A stretch of DNA of 63,971 bases, filler included, from Octopus bimaculoides (Eukaryota), in NCBI RefSeq assembly GCF_001194135.2. It is 5 parts of 5 records of this genome, joined end to end, with 100 filler letters (N's around TTAATTAATTAA, not from the genome) between each part and the next. Parts side by side here need not be neighbours in the genome. Positions count along the whole stretch, not along the records: positions 34,495 to 47,055 come from NC_069002.1; positions 47,156 to 61,993 come from NC_068995.1; 3 more parts are not named here. One strand, given 5' to 3'. This document shows, one piece after another, positions 38,849 through 50,959 of the stretch; position 1 is the first letter of the stretch, and the number at the start of each line of letters is the position of its first letter. Below the pieces are notes generated by a model. It saw nothing but the letters and a program-made list of their open reading frames with translations. It had not been told where the DNA came from and did no database searches. Position numbers and translations under genes: made by a program.

Positions 38849-40102
38849 CAGGATGTGGTGAATAAACTGTTGTCTAAATTATACAAAAATGAAAATAACA
38901 CTGACATCTCATTTACCAAAATTATCTAAAAATAGCTTGAAATACTAAAGAATAAAGTTATTCAATAAAATCGCCATTGACTTCAGCTACGGCCTCCAGA
39001 CAACTCTGGAATCTCCTGCAGCTCTTCTGGACGGTCTCCTTGCTTAAGTTGGTGAATGCTGCCATAATCCTTGCCTTCAGTTCATCTTTGTGTTACAAGA
39101 AGTTTTGTTGGTCTCTTCGTTCAACTGTGCCCCACACATTATAATCAAGGGCGTTGCAGTCTGAGGAATTAGGTGACCAGATATTAGGGGTGATGTGGTC
39201 GCAGAAATTGTCTGGCAGCCATGACCAGATTCTCCTGCTTGTGTGGCATGGTGCAGAGTCCTGTTGCCAGACACAGGGTCTTCCAATAGCCACCAGGCAC
39301 TTGATGTGGGCCTCCATGTTGAGTGTGAGGCTATGTGAGAAAATGAATGGAGGCATAACATCGCCAACACTAGTGATCACTTCAAACACCATGATGTTAA
39401 CTGGATGTTTGATTTTTATCACTTTCTGGGGACACGGCAAGCCAACAGTTGTCCTGTGTGTCTACCATCTGATCCTGGCAGAAATTTTTCTCATCTGAGA
39501 AAGACCAAAGCATGTTCAGTTGGAGGGGATGCTTGAGTTTGTTCAAAAGCTTCATAGTGCTGTCTTTCCTCTTGTCCATGATGGCTTAGGGTAAAAATTG
39601 ACCCTTTCTCATCTTGTATGAGGAATACTGCATGTCTTCATGCACAACTTGCCTGATAAGATAAGAAACTCAGACATTCTCATGTCTCTGGCGATGGACC
39701 TGATTGTTTTGAAGGGATTGTTGTCAATCATAGCCTGGATTTCACTAACAAGTTCAGGAGTTCTTTTCTTATCATAATGTTCAGAGTGGATTTTCTGAGG
39801 TGCCATACCTTCGTAACCACAATTAGGCTCATCCAACTCTTTCCAAATCCTCTGCACTATTCTCAGATTAACACCCAAACACTCTGAAATGTTCATATTG
39901 GAGCTTCCGGCATGAATGCTGAGCAGTACAGCATGTCGTTTCCAGATTTCTGGCAGACTGAATTGCACCATGGTGCTGTTTTTCTCACAGACAATGCCCA
40001 GCTGACCCTACTATACTATGTAGTCCACAAAATCAAAAACAAACAATGCACATGCACGAAATTAAAAATATGAAATGGTGACAATTTACCCATTGCACCC
40101 TC
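38849..40102 (-). mobile_element. Full-length defective maT (DD37D) Tc1/mariner transposon
   Basis: TA-flanked imperfect TIRs; minus-strand transposase pieces with HTH, FSDEK, WQQDSAPCH and DCNALDY; 37 residues between the 2nd and 3rd Asp; frameshifts and stops. Confidence 0.88.
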
Positions 40103-40576
40103 TATATTTATAAATTCATGACAAAAAGCATTAGATGCATATCAATCTTAGTTGGCTTCCAACTGTTTCAACTATAAGAACTGTGCCTCCAGAGTTGAGT
40201 GCTGGTGCAATGTCCTTTAGCTTCATCAGGAACCTTATTGCAAAAAGGAATTATAAATATATCTATGTATATGTATGCATTTTTTTTTTACTTCTTCATT
40301 GCTTGTTTTAAGTATACATGACCATCATACAAGCAGTGATTTTTGTTTGCAATTTCTCTTGAAAACATGCAGGGACTACGAGAAAATATTTGAAATATCA
40401 CTTTGCTGGGAAACAGATGGGGGTTAGCAACAGGAAGAGCATCCAGCCACAGGAAAACAAACCTCATCTAAATCATGCAAGCATGGAAAAGAGATGACGA
40501 TGATGAGGAGGATGAAGACAATGTTAAAAAGATGATAATGATGATGATGATGATGATGATGATATTACTTTTTCAG

Positions 40577-40614
40577 AAAGGGAGGGTCATCAATGGTTAC
40601 AAATTCCTCAGTAG
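40577..40614 (+). other. Candidate 38-nt exon
   Basis: Acceptor attactttttcag, donor TAG|gtaagg; two frames open. Confidence 0.28.
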
Positions 40615-40873
40615 GTAAGGATTATCAAAACCCTAAAGCTCTTTGCAGAAATATTCCAAGTTATCTTTTGCTTTAGGAATAACCTTTTATATCTCAAACA
40701 AATTTTCAATTTTCTCCACCAGGCAACGCAGATATTTTTTTTTTCACTTTTTTTGTCTTTCCTCCCCTAATCTCCCATTTTCAGTTTCATATTATATGTA
40801 TATACATACACACCTACACATACATATAAAATATATAAGCATATTTTCCTTTGTGTATAAGTGTGTGTGTGTG

Positions 40874-40912
<39 letters not shown>

Positions 40913-40998
40913 NNNNNNNNNNNNNNNNNNNNNNNNNNNNNNNNNNNNNNNNNNNNNNNNNNNNNNNNNNNNNNNNNNNNNNNNNNNNTATGTGAGTG

Positions 40999-41465
40999 TG
41001 TGGTCTGATCAATAAGTATTCGGACTGTTGCTGTAGTAACGAAGCTAAAACATGCAGAATGAAGCCGCTTGGCACAAATTGACCTTAGACTCTGCTGTGC
41101 ATGCACACTAAGTTTTAATCGTCTAGTTTACTTTCGCTGTTTATAGCAGTGTTTGGAAGGAAGGTGTGTAGCGTGTGATCGTCGCATTGACAATGATAAA
41201 GTTGAGCAGAGAATCTGCATCAAATTTTGACAAAAGCTTGCCAATACCTGCTTAGAGGCCTATGCAAAGTTTTCAAAAAGTTTTCATCATTCTCGACACA
41301 ATCAAGGAGATCTTGTGCAGCTGAAACCCGAGTGTCTTTTTGCAGAAACCTAGCAGACATACATCTCATATTCAAATCTTCCGGGATAATGGACTGAACT
41401 GAACCGTAACTAATCTGCACATCTTCTGATAACTCAGGTATGGCGATTTGACAATTTCCCCTCAT
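40999..41465. mobile_element. Rearranged mariner (probably DD34D-type) fragment
   Basis: + strand TIR tggtctgatcaataagtattcggactg and KVEQRICIKF*QKLANTCLEAY, then minus-strand ISYGSVQSIIPEDLNMRCMSARF..DLLDCVENDENFLKT. Confidence 0.85.
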
Positions 41466-41471
41466 AGCTGC

Positions 41472-42229
41472 ATTTTCCGAACCAATGGTTTCAAGCTAAA
41501 TATAGCAAAATAAAATAAAATATTTTGCAAGGCCAGCTATCATCAGCAGAAAGCCAAGATTAACATATAAACACAAGGCACTACATAGAAACATGACTTG
41601 TGTTTATATGCTTTAATTTTTCAAAATCTCCCGCGCATGTGCAGTTTTTCTTATCAGCTGCAAATACAAAAAAATGCCGATTTACTTCCAGAAATTAGCC
41701 AAAAAACATTTTATCATTATTAATAAATTTCAGGGTAGCAAAAAAATTTTAGAAATTATATTTGCCACCAGTGGTCTAGCGAGGAGAAAAAAATAGTCAA
41801 TAGACTATATATTATTCATTTAAAATACAGTGTACATTTAAACACATCAGAGATGTGGAGAGATTTTGAAAATAAACACATGTAGTGCCTCATGTTTATA
41901 TGTTAATCTTGGCTTTCTGCTGATGATAGCTGGCCTTGCAAAATATATTATTTTATTTTGTTAAATATAGCTTGAAACCATTGGTTCAGAAAATAGATGG
42001 TAAATGTTTTTATTTTTCATTCTCTTTCGAAATTATCCCTAATTGTGGTGTGGAGTTTTGACTGCTCCTTATAGCAGGTTAGATGTCCTATTATGGACAT
42101 CTCTGATGTGTTTAAATGTACACTGTATTTTAAATGAATATATAGTCTATTGACTAATTTTTTCTCCTCGCTAGACCACTGGTGGCAAATAGAATTTCTA
42201 AACTTCTTTTGGTACTCTCAGGTTCATTG

Positions 42230-42233
<4 letters not shown>
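41472..42233. repeat. Two interleaved inverted repeats (A-B-A'-B')
   Basis: A 41472-41630 pairs with 41860-41994; B ~41731-41856 pairs with 42097-~42225. Confidence 0.88.
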
Positions 42234-42261
<28 letters not shown>

Positions 42262-42326
<65 letters not shown>

Positions 42327-42452
42327 TTAACGTCCGCTTTCCATGCTAGCATGGGTTGGACGATTTGACTGAGGACTGGTGAAACCGGATGGCAACACCA
42401 GGCTCCAATCTAATTTGGCAGAGTTTCTACAACTGGATGCCCTTCCTAACAC
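42262..42452 (-). mobile_element. Family D retroposon 3' end with (ATG)n tail
   Basis: (CAT)n then ttaacgtccgctttccatgctagcatgggttggacg..ctggatgcccttcctaac. Confidence 0.8.
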
Positions 42453-42780
42453 CGTGAAAACCTCATAATATTTTATGCACATGTCTCCTGGAACTGGTCA
42501 ACTTGATTAGATGAATGAAACGTACATCGTCTACCCAGAGCATTCAGAAGAATCCAACAGGAATTAATCATATTCCACCCAATGAAACATCCACTGAGGG
42601 CTGTTGCTGAACAGTATTCAACTGTATAATAATCAGAAAGAGTGTCCTTTTCTAATGGCATATGAATTTAAACTTAGCAGCTCAAAGCTAGTGCATGGTG
42701 CAGAAACAAATGTTGTGATCTACTATTAAAGCCTGTTACCTTCCATCCATATATACATACATATATGTATGTATGTATGT

Positions 42781-43541
42781 GGAAGTGAGGCATGGGTTGT
42801 TTTCCGGCAGGCAGGTAAGGCAATTGGAACGATTTCATCAATACTGTCTGAGAAAAATTTTGGGGATAAACTGGAAAATGGCCTTTAGTAATGCGGAAGT
42901 GCTTGAGAGGAGTGACAGTAGAAGTATAGAGTCAACGATTTTGCAAAGACGTTTGAGGTGGGGGGGGGGCATTTGGTAAGGATGAGTGATGAGCGACTGC
43001 CCAAGCAGCTATTGTATGGTAAGCTGGAAGATGGCAGGAGACCAGCGCATAAGCCTAAACTAAGGTTTAAGGATTACCTTAAAAATGCTCTGATACAGAC
43101 AGGAATTCTAGTTGGTAATTGGGAGAGGGAGGATGATGGTTGTTCAAGGTTTGAGAGGGAGAGAGTGAAGTATGAGAGAATTAGGAGGGGGCTTAGAAGT
43201 GGGGAAGCTGTAGAAAGTAGGAGAGTGTTGCTTTTTATGCGTGTGGTTTGTGGGAGGAGGTGTTTGAGTCATGCAGGCCTGGCGAGCCATTAAAAATCTC
43301 ACAGAAATCGACCCATGATGTGGCTATTAAAATTCACAACAGAACGTGTGTAAAATGTGGAAGGGTGTACCTCTCAGTTGGAGGTCTAAAAGGACATGTT
43401 AAGAGAGTGAATATGGTGGCACCTGTTCCTCCTGCCAGCCAACACAGTTGTCTAGTATGTAATAAAAATTGTAAAAGCTTGGCCGGGCTTAAAAGCCATA
43501 TAAGGGCATCACATGGCAACAATCATGAATTATTTCAGTAA
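42781..43541 (+). pseudogene. 5'-truncated RTE-clade LINE ORF C-terminus with three C2H2 zinc fingers
   Basis: GSEAW..RQLERFHQYCLRKILGINW..RLRW.GHLVRMSDERLPKQLLYGKLEDGRRPAHKPKLRFKD, then three CxxC/HxxxH-type repeats; frameshifts and a stop. Confidence 0.85.
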
Positions 43542-43864
43542 GTCTTCTTGGCAATTGCTTTTCTCCTGATGTATGTATGTATCTATATGTGTGTGTGTGT
43601 GTGTGTATGTTCGTTCGTTTGTTCATTCATGGGTCAGAAAGAATTTGTTGAGGCAGATTTTTTACTGCCAGATGCCCTTCCTGTCACCAACAATCACCTG
43701 TTTGCAAGTCAGGTGATATTATCCCATGGCTGGGCTTATTCTTCATGGAAGACCGGAGATGCACAACCATGCTTGCATGACAAAGACGGTTTGTTTACAA
43801 CCATTGCCTAATATCTAGACAAGGGTAACATCAAACACATATGCACACATGTGCATATGCATAC

Positions 43865-44080
43865 ACCATCATCATTATCATCACCATCAACATCATTTAA
43901 CATTAGTTTTCCATATTGGCATGGGTTGGATGGTTAGACAGGATCCTGTGGATCCAAGGACTGCACCCTGCTCCAACGTCTGCTTTGGTATGGCTTTTAT
44001 GGCTGGATGCCCTTCTTAAAGCCAACCACTTTATAGAGCGTACTGGGTACTTTTTCCATGTCACCAGCATTAGAGGCACT
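43865..44080 (-). mobile_element. Family D retroposon 3' end
   Basis: catcatttaacattagttttccatattggcatgggttggatgg..ggctggatgcccttcttaaagccaacc. Confidence 0.75.
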
Positions 44081-44163
<83 letters not shown>

Positions 44164-44169
44164 CTATAT

Positions 44170-44310
44170 GATGGGCTTCTTTTAGTTTCCGTCTACCAAA
44201 TCCACTCACAAGGTTTTGATTGCCCTGATTGCTATAATAGAAGTCACTTGCCAAAGGTGCTGTTCTATGGGACTGAATTCATGACCACATTGTTGGGAAG
44301 CAAGCAGCAT
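44170..44310 (-). mobile_element. SINE family A
   Basis: gggcttcttttagtttccgtctaccaaatccactcacaagg. Confidence 0.85.
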
Positions 44311-45119
44311 AACATAATGTATGTGTGTGTGTGTGCATGTGTACAGGTGTGTGTGCATGTGTACAGGTGTGTGTGTTTGCGTTTGTGTTTGTGTGTCTCA
44401 CCATTTAACAATTGGTGTTGATTTGTTTACATTCATGTAACTTAGGATCTCAGTTTTTTGGAAAAACACAATTGTTTACTGCCAGGACATTTCTCGTTAA
44501 GTTTTTACTAATTTTTCTCTTGATTTTTGTCCGGAATATTTTTGCAATTTTCCAGCTTCAAAAACAGATTTCAACAATTGTAGAATTATCAACAGTTTCA
44601 TGATTTCAATGTCTGGAAACAAAAGACTATTATTTTGTTCCAATTCTAGTATCTCTGCTCTTTTGCTCATGTTTCTTTTTTTTTTTTTAAATCATTTGTT
44701 TTTCTGTATTTTTTTTTTTGTTTTCTTTGGTATTCAATATGGCTCTTGTGTGTTTTCAAACTTTTGTCTTGTTGTAAATCTCCTTATGACATCTGGATTT
44801 GTTATTTCTATAATATTAGCTTGAATCATTTTCAGCTGAAAAGAAAACAATTTGATTCTCGAGCTGCTGTTTACGAAACTTTGATTATTGAGCAGTTCAA
44901 CAATTGCAGAACAAACCAGAGAAAAACTAAACATTTGCCCCTCCTCTCCAATGTATATCCTTTGTGAAATATATCTCAATGTCACGCCTCTCTCTGTCCT
45001 CTGACTCCATCCCTATGTTATGCACTTTGTATATCTTTTCTTATAACTACATATATATGTGTGCTTGTGTGTATATCTTTACTTATAACTACATATATAT
45101 GTGTGCTTGTGTGTATATT

Positions 45120-45655
45120 TTTTATTTGTTTCAGTCGTTAGATTGTGGTCATGCTGTAGCATGGCCTTGATGAATTTCAGTTAAACGGATCTATCTTATT
45201 ACTTATTTTATTCTAAGCCTGGTGCTTATTCCATCAGTTTCTTTTGCCAAATTGCTAAGTTACAGGAGCATAACAACATCAACACCAATTGTCAAGTAGT
45301 GGGGTGGGGGAAAACACAGATGCAAAGAAACACGCACACACGCACACACACACATATGTGGCAGGTTTCTTTCAGCTTTTGTCTACCAAATCCACTCTTA
45401 AGCTTTTGGTCAGCCCAAAACTGTAGTGAGGCTAAACATAGAGGGGACAAACAAGGACAGACAAAGGGATTAAGTCAATTACATCGACCTCAGTGCATAA
45501 CTGGTACTTAATTTATCGACCCCGAAAGGATGAAAGCAATGTCGACCTTGGCGGAATTTGAACTCAGAACATAACGGCAGACGAAATACCGCTAAGCATT
45601 TCACCTGGCATGCTAATGATTCTACCAGCTCGCACACTAATGATTCTGCCAGGTT
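45120..45655 (-). mobile_element. SINE family A (3' part and body) abutted or interrupted by a SINE family B copy (45428-45655)
   Basis: A-type tail and body end at aactgtag, followed directly by B tail gctaaacatagaggggacaaacaaggacag and the B body. Confidence 0.8.
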
Positions 45656-46204
45656 GCCCCCTTAACAATTGTGCCAATAATTCTTACTATTATAAGCACA
45701 AGACATGAAATCTTGGAAGAAGAGGACAGCCGATAAGACTGACCCCAATGCTCCAGCGGTGTTTATTTTTATCAACTGCAAAACATGAAAGGCAAAGTTA
45801 ACCTCAGTCATGTTTGAAATAAGAACATAATACCAGAAGAAAGGCTGTGAAGAATTTTGTCTGATGGTGTTTATGATTCTGCCAAGTTGTCACCTTAACA
45901 CATAAAACGTGACGGGCCATGATCATAGCCCAGATCGATGCATTTAATTTATGGGCATTTGTTGAGGTCTAATGTCACTCAAACGCTCCAATATCCCTCA
46001 GAATGCAAGAGGGCTAATAGCTCAACTAATGACTTTTCAGATGATGTAAAACTTGCCACCATTATATACGAAGAAGATATTTTAACTATTTTGTTTTTTT
46101 CTTTTTGGGTGCATGATAGTCTCATTTTCATAAAACGTGCTCAGCAGTCCATGCTATTTAAGTGCAAATTATGGGTTAATGATAATAATAATGATAGTTT
46201 CAAA

Positions 46205-46390
46205 TTTTGCCACAAGGGCAGCAATTTTGAGGGAGGGGATGAGTCAGTTACATCGACCCTAATGTTCAACNNNNNNNNNNGATGAAAGGCAAAGTCACCC
46301 TCTTTGGAATTTGAACTCAAACATAGCGACGGGCGAAATACCGCTAGGCATTTCATCCAGCTCGTTAACAATTCTGCCAGCTTGCTGCCT
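46205..46390 (-). mobile_element. SINE family B
   Basis: gatgaaaggcaaagtcacc..ggaatttgaactcaaacatagcgacgggcgaaataccgctaggcatttc. Confidence 0.85.
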
Positions 46391-47411
46391 TCTTAATAAT
46401 AATAATAATAATAATGATGATAATGGTGATGATGATGATGGTGATCAATAGTTCAACATTCTGTTGAGATTAAGGAGAAGTTTTATGTAAATGAGAGCTT
46501 TTTGCTGCAGTTTTGGTTGAGGATGAAATATTGAATTTTAATCAAAGAAAGAGGAAAAAAAATCACAACAAAAACAACTGTTAAAGATTGAAATCTAGTA
46601 CAAAATGTAATTAATCATCTGATAATTACCTCTAATTATTGCAGTTTATTGACAGCTTTTAATTAATTGAAAGTATTGAACTATTGTAAATTGAAAAACA
46701 ACTTACAAGCGAAGCTATTGATAACGAGTTTATCTTACTGTTTTCCATTTTATTGAACTCTGGCAGAAAAATAAAAACAACATATTTATTTTAAAAAATT
46801 AGGGGAAAACAAAAAAAAGAGGGAATAATCAATCTGTATTTTTGTTTGAATTTTAACCTTGTAACTGATCAATTTTTTTCCTCTGGTTTCATGATTCGTG
46901 CCATTCCAATATTTCTGTGTTCGCTGTTTTCGTTTGATCTCTCAAGTCTACACTTGTTGACATGTCTAGTTCCTGCAAAAAATATCTCTCAGACAATAAA
47001 CATTAAAATTCACCTGAAACACAGAAATATTTGATGATAAACATACTTCGACTCCNNNNNNNNNNNNNNNNNNNNNNNNNNNNNNNNNNNNNNNNNNNNT
47101 TAATTAATTAANNNNNNNNNNNNNNNNNNNNNNNNNNNNNNNNNNNNNNNNNNNNTATATATAAACATTCTCACATATACATATGGATGTATAAGCACAC
47201 ACATAGATGTGAACTGTGTTCCTTTGTGAGCGTGATTCTGTGCATGCGTGAGCACACACACACAGGCACACACCCAAACATACAGAAAGACAAGAATAGA
47301 GAGTGCGAGAGTGAGGGACAAAAATGAATAGGTGAAAGAGAGAGAGAGAGAGAGAGAGAGGTAGTGGGAGGTGAGACAGGGAAAGAGAAAGAGTAAGAGA
47401 GAGCGAGACAT

Positions 47412-47446
<35 letters not shown>

Positions 47447-47714
47447 NNNNNNNNNNNNNNNNNNNNNNNNNNNNNNNNNNNNNNNNNNNNNNNNNNNNNN
47501 NNNNNNNNNNNNNNNNNNNNNNNNNNNNNNNNNNNNNNNNNNNNNNNNNNNNNNNNNNNNNNNNNNNNNNNNNNNNNNNNNNNNNNNNNNNNNNNNNNNN
47601 NNNNNNNNNNNNNNNNNNNNNNNNNNNNNNNNNNNNNNNNNNNNNNNNNNNNNNNNNNNNNNNNNNNNNNNNNNNNNNNNNNNNNNNNNNNNNNNNNNNN
47701 NNNNNNNNNNNNNN

Positions 47715-47750
<36 letters not shown>

Positions 47751-47825
47751 CATATACACACACATACATACATGCATAATTACATACAAACATCCGTACA
47801 CAGTGACTGATACAGAGATATGCAC

Positions 47826-47858
<33 letters not shown>

Positions 47859-48854
47859 TACACACACAGATACACACACAGATACACAGAGAAGAATTGG
47901 AATCTAAATATGTGTATGTTTGTGCGTGCGAGTGTGTGTGCATGAGTGTGTGTCTGTATGTATTTATATGCATCTATAACATTTATCGTTTAAATCAAAC
48001 AGTGTATATATGAGCTACCAATAGTTTCATACTTTGGGAACGTGGTCTAGGAAGGTTTTTCTAGTACGACTGGTGACTCCAAGTAAGGTGGCAATGTATA
48101 CGCTTGGTGACAGTTGGCGTGTTACCAAAAAAAAAAAACGTGCCAATTGTATAAAACTAGTTGTAGATTTTAACTGTATACTGCGTACAATGAACAATAT
48201 ATATATGTATATATATATAATTTATGTATATGTTAATATTATCTCGGTTGAAAAAACTTTGATAATGTAAATATTTTGATAGTTACCATGGGTAGCAAAA
48301 ATCACAGAAACACTAGGAAATACCAAGTTAAAGTGATGTATTTTGAGTAGATATGAAGAATAATAATAAATGGAGCAAAACGCATATAAACAATACGTTC
48401 CTTTAATTCCTAGATATGTTTCAAAATATATGTGAACTCTACTCCAAAGAAGTAAGAGGTGCTGGAATTGCACATATACTCATCGTCAGGGAACCAACAT
48501 ACAAAAGCAAGACATGCGCTAAATGTTAAGGTTACGTACGAGTTATAACATTATATAGCCAAGTAAGTGACCGTAGTAAGTGATCGTTGAATTCTCATTT
48601 TTGCTCAAGTATATAATGCATCGCTTAGTCTATTAATCCAAACACTATCCTTCGTTCATGAGTTCAATACGCTAACGATTATATCATGCACCTTAACACG
48701 CATGCACGCATGCGAGCACACACATACACATCTCCACTCACACACACACGCACTCACACATATGTACACACATACATGCTGATATACGTACATATATACA
48801 TATTTATAATGCATATGTCTGTATGGCCTGGATATTCGTTCCCCATTTTTTGTA

Positions 48855-49084
48855 TTATTTCTTTACTACCCACAAGGGGCTAAACAGTGGGGACAATCAA
48901 GGACAGACAAACGGATTAAGTCGATTATATTGACCCCAGTGCGTAACTGGTACTTAATTTTATCGACCCCGAAAGGATGAAAGCATAGTCGACCTCGGTG
49001 GAATTTGAACTCAGAACGTAGCGGCAGACGAAATACCGCTAAGCATTTCGCCCGGCGTGCTAACGTTTCTACCAGCTCGCCGCC
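48855..49084 (-). mobile_element. SINE family B, near-complete young copy
   Basis: Minus strand ggcggcgagctggtagaaacgttagcacgccggg (A-box-like), gttctgagttcaaattcc (B-box-like), tail ..tttagccccttgtgggtagtaaagaaa. Confidence 0.92.
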
Positions 49085-50097
49085 ATTTTTTGTATCCATA
49101 ATTGGAGACATCGCTTCCGCAACGAAACACACTGTAACCGTACGCAGCCAAAATGTGTAACCGCACCTCATCTTCCGCGGAAAAGAAACACTAAAGCCAT
49201 CACTAACCATAAACCATCACTACCACTGTATAAGACAAACTTTCGCAAATTCACTGACGCTTCGGAAATTACAACTCTAAGAATACATATAGATATATAC
49301 ATATCTATATGTATATATGTATGCATATACATGTATATATATATATGTAGGTATATGCCTCTTTATGTCCCCCACCAATGCTTGACAACCAGTATTGATG
49401 TGTTTACTTCCCCGAAACGAAGAGATTCGCCAAAAGAACAGAGAGAAAACGTACCAGACTTTAAAAATATTAATAGTCGTGGCAATTATTTCGACTAAAA
49501 AATATTGAATGCCGTACTCCAGTTTAAGATTAAAAAAGTTACCTTTCCCATCTTCCCTGCTAACAAATATCATAATAATGACCTTCCAACACAGGCTTCA
49601 AGGGGAAATTTATTTAATGAAGAGATGTACCCATCAAATTTTAATGTGACTTTAATTAACTCTTAAGATTATGTGGTATAGATTTTGCTTTTGTGAGTAG
49701 TATTATATTTAAAGAAGTCAATGCATTATGCATATAATAAAAAACTGGGGGTTTCTACTTCTATAAAACACCAAGGATCAACGGATTTAATTGGTTGTGG
49801 TGTGTATCTAATTTACTGTTTATGGTTAATACTGTGAAACCTCCACACACATACACACTATATATATGTATATATAAATATATATGCATGTGGATATATG
49901 TGTGTGTTTGCGTGTGCGTGCGCCCACGAATGTATGTATATTATATATACACATATATATATATATATATGCTGAAAATGTGTATCCCTGTGAAAAATGT
50001 TTACCTGCCTTCCTATCCAGCGGGGCGATGCAGTTCGAAAGCTAAAAAGGTGCAAAGTGCATAGTGGCCTGTGATGTATTACAAGATNNNNNNNNNN

Positions 50098-50144
<47 letters not shown>

Positions 50145-50959
50145 TACATATGTACATACATACATGCATACATACATACATACATATATACAGACACACA
50201 CAAACATATGTATGACACACTCACACAGACACACGGGAAGAAACGCAGAAATACACAGAAATATGTCCATCCCTACGGGCGTGTGTTCCTATGTTGGTGA
50301 ATATTATTATCTGCGACTGATTATTCATAATTATCTGTTTTGTTGAGTGGTCGTCTCTTTTAAACACAATTCAAGAGGAACATTCCTGTCGATGAAGTTC
50401 TTTTCCACTTTATATGACCACCCCCCTGTCTCTCTCACTCTCTCTAAAGGTCAACCTTTCTTTTCCAGTATGGTGAACTCTGCAAAGAAACAAACCACCA
50501 CCACCACCACCACCACCACAACCACCCCGTCACCGCCACCATTTTGTAATCACGAATGTTACTGTTACTGCCGCATCGAGCATCATCACAACAACCAACA
50601 CAATAAGGAACAACGTCCTTAGCCTCGCACCCCACCCCTCACCGATACTGGCACCCCAGCTGCCGCTGCTACCTCGCAACCCCTTCTGCTGGCACCAANN
50701 NNNNNNNNCAACAACAACAATATTGCAATTCATAGAAGGCAAATTATAAATAAAAAACGAAAAAAAAAACACCAACAAAAACGATGAACAATAAACGTGT
50801 ACAAGAATTCAATGTATTCGGTTGTAAAGACAAAAAAGTAAAAAATAAAAAAGAGATCTATACACGCGTTTCGGAGTTTTGGTTCTTTGTCAAAATAGAC
50901 AAAAGGAGAAGAAGAAACAAAATAGTAAGATAAGAAAAATAAACATGAGTAAGTTCATC

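Noticed and set aside
40205-40240. Minus-strand CTGATGAAG motif
   Set aside because: No GAAA or closing stems, so not counted as a hammerhead
44460-44960. Lys-rich minus-strand peptides (KRAEILELNKII) suggesting a LINE remnant
   Set aside because: Too many stops and only one short motif in A-rich sequence; cannot be supported
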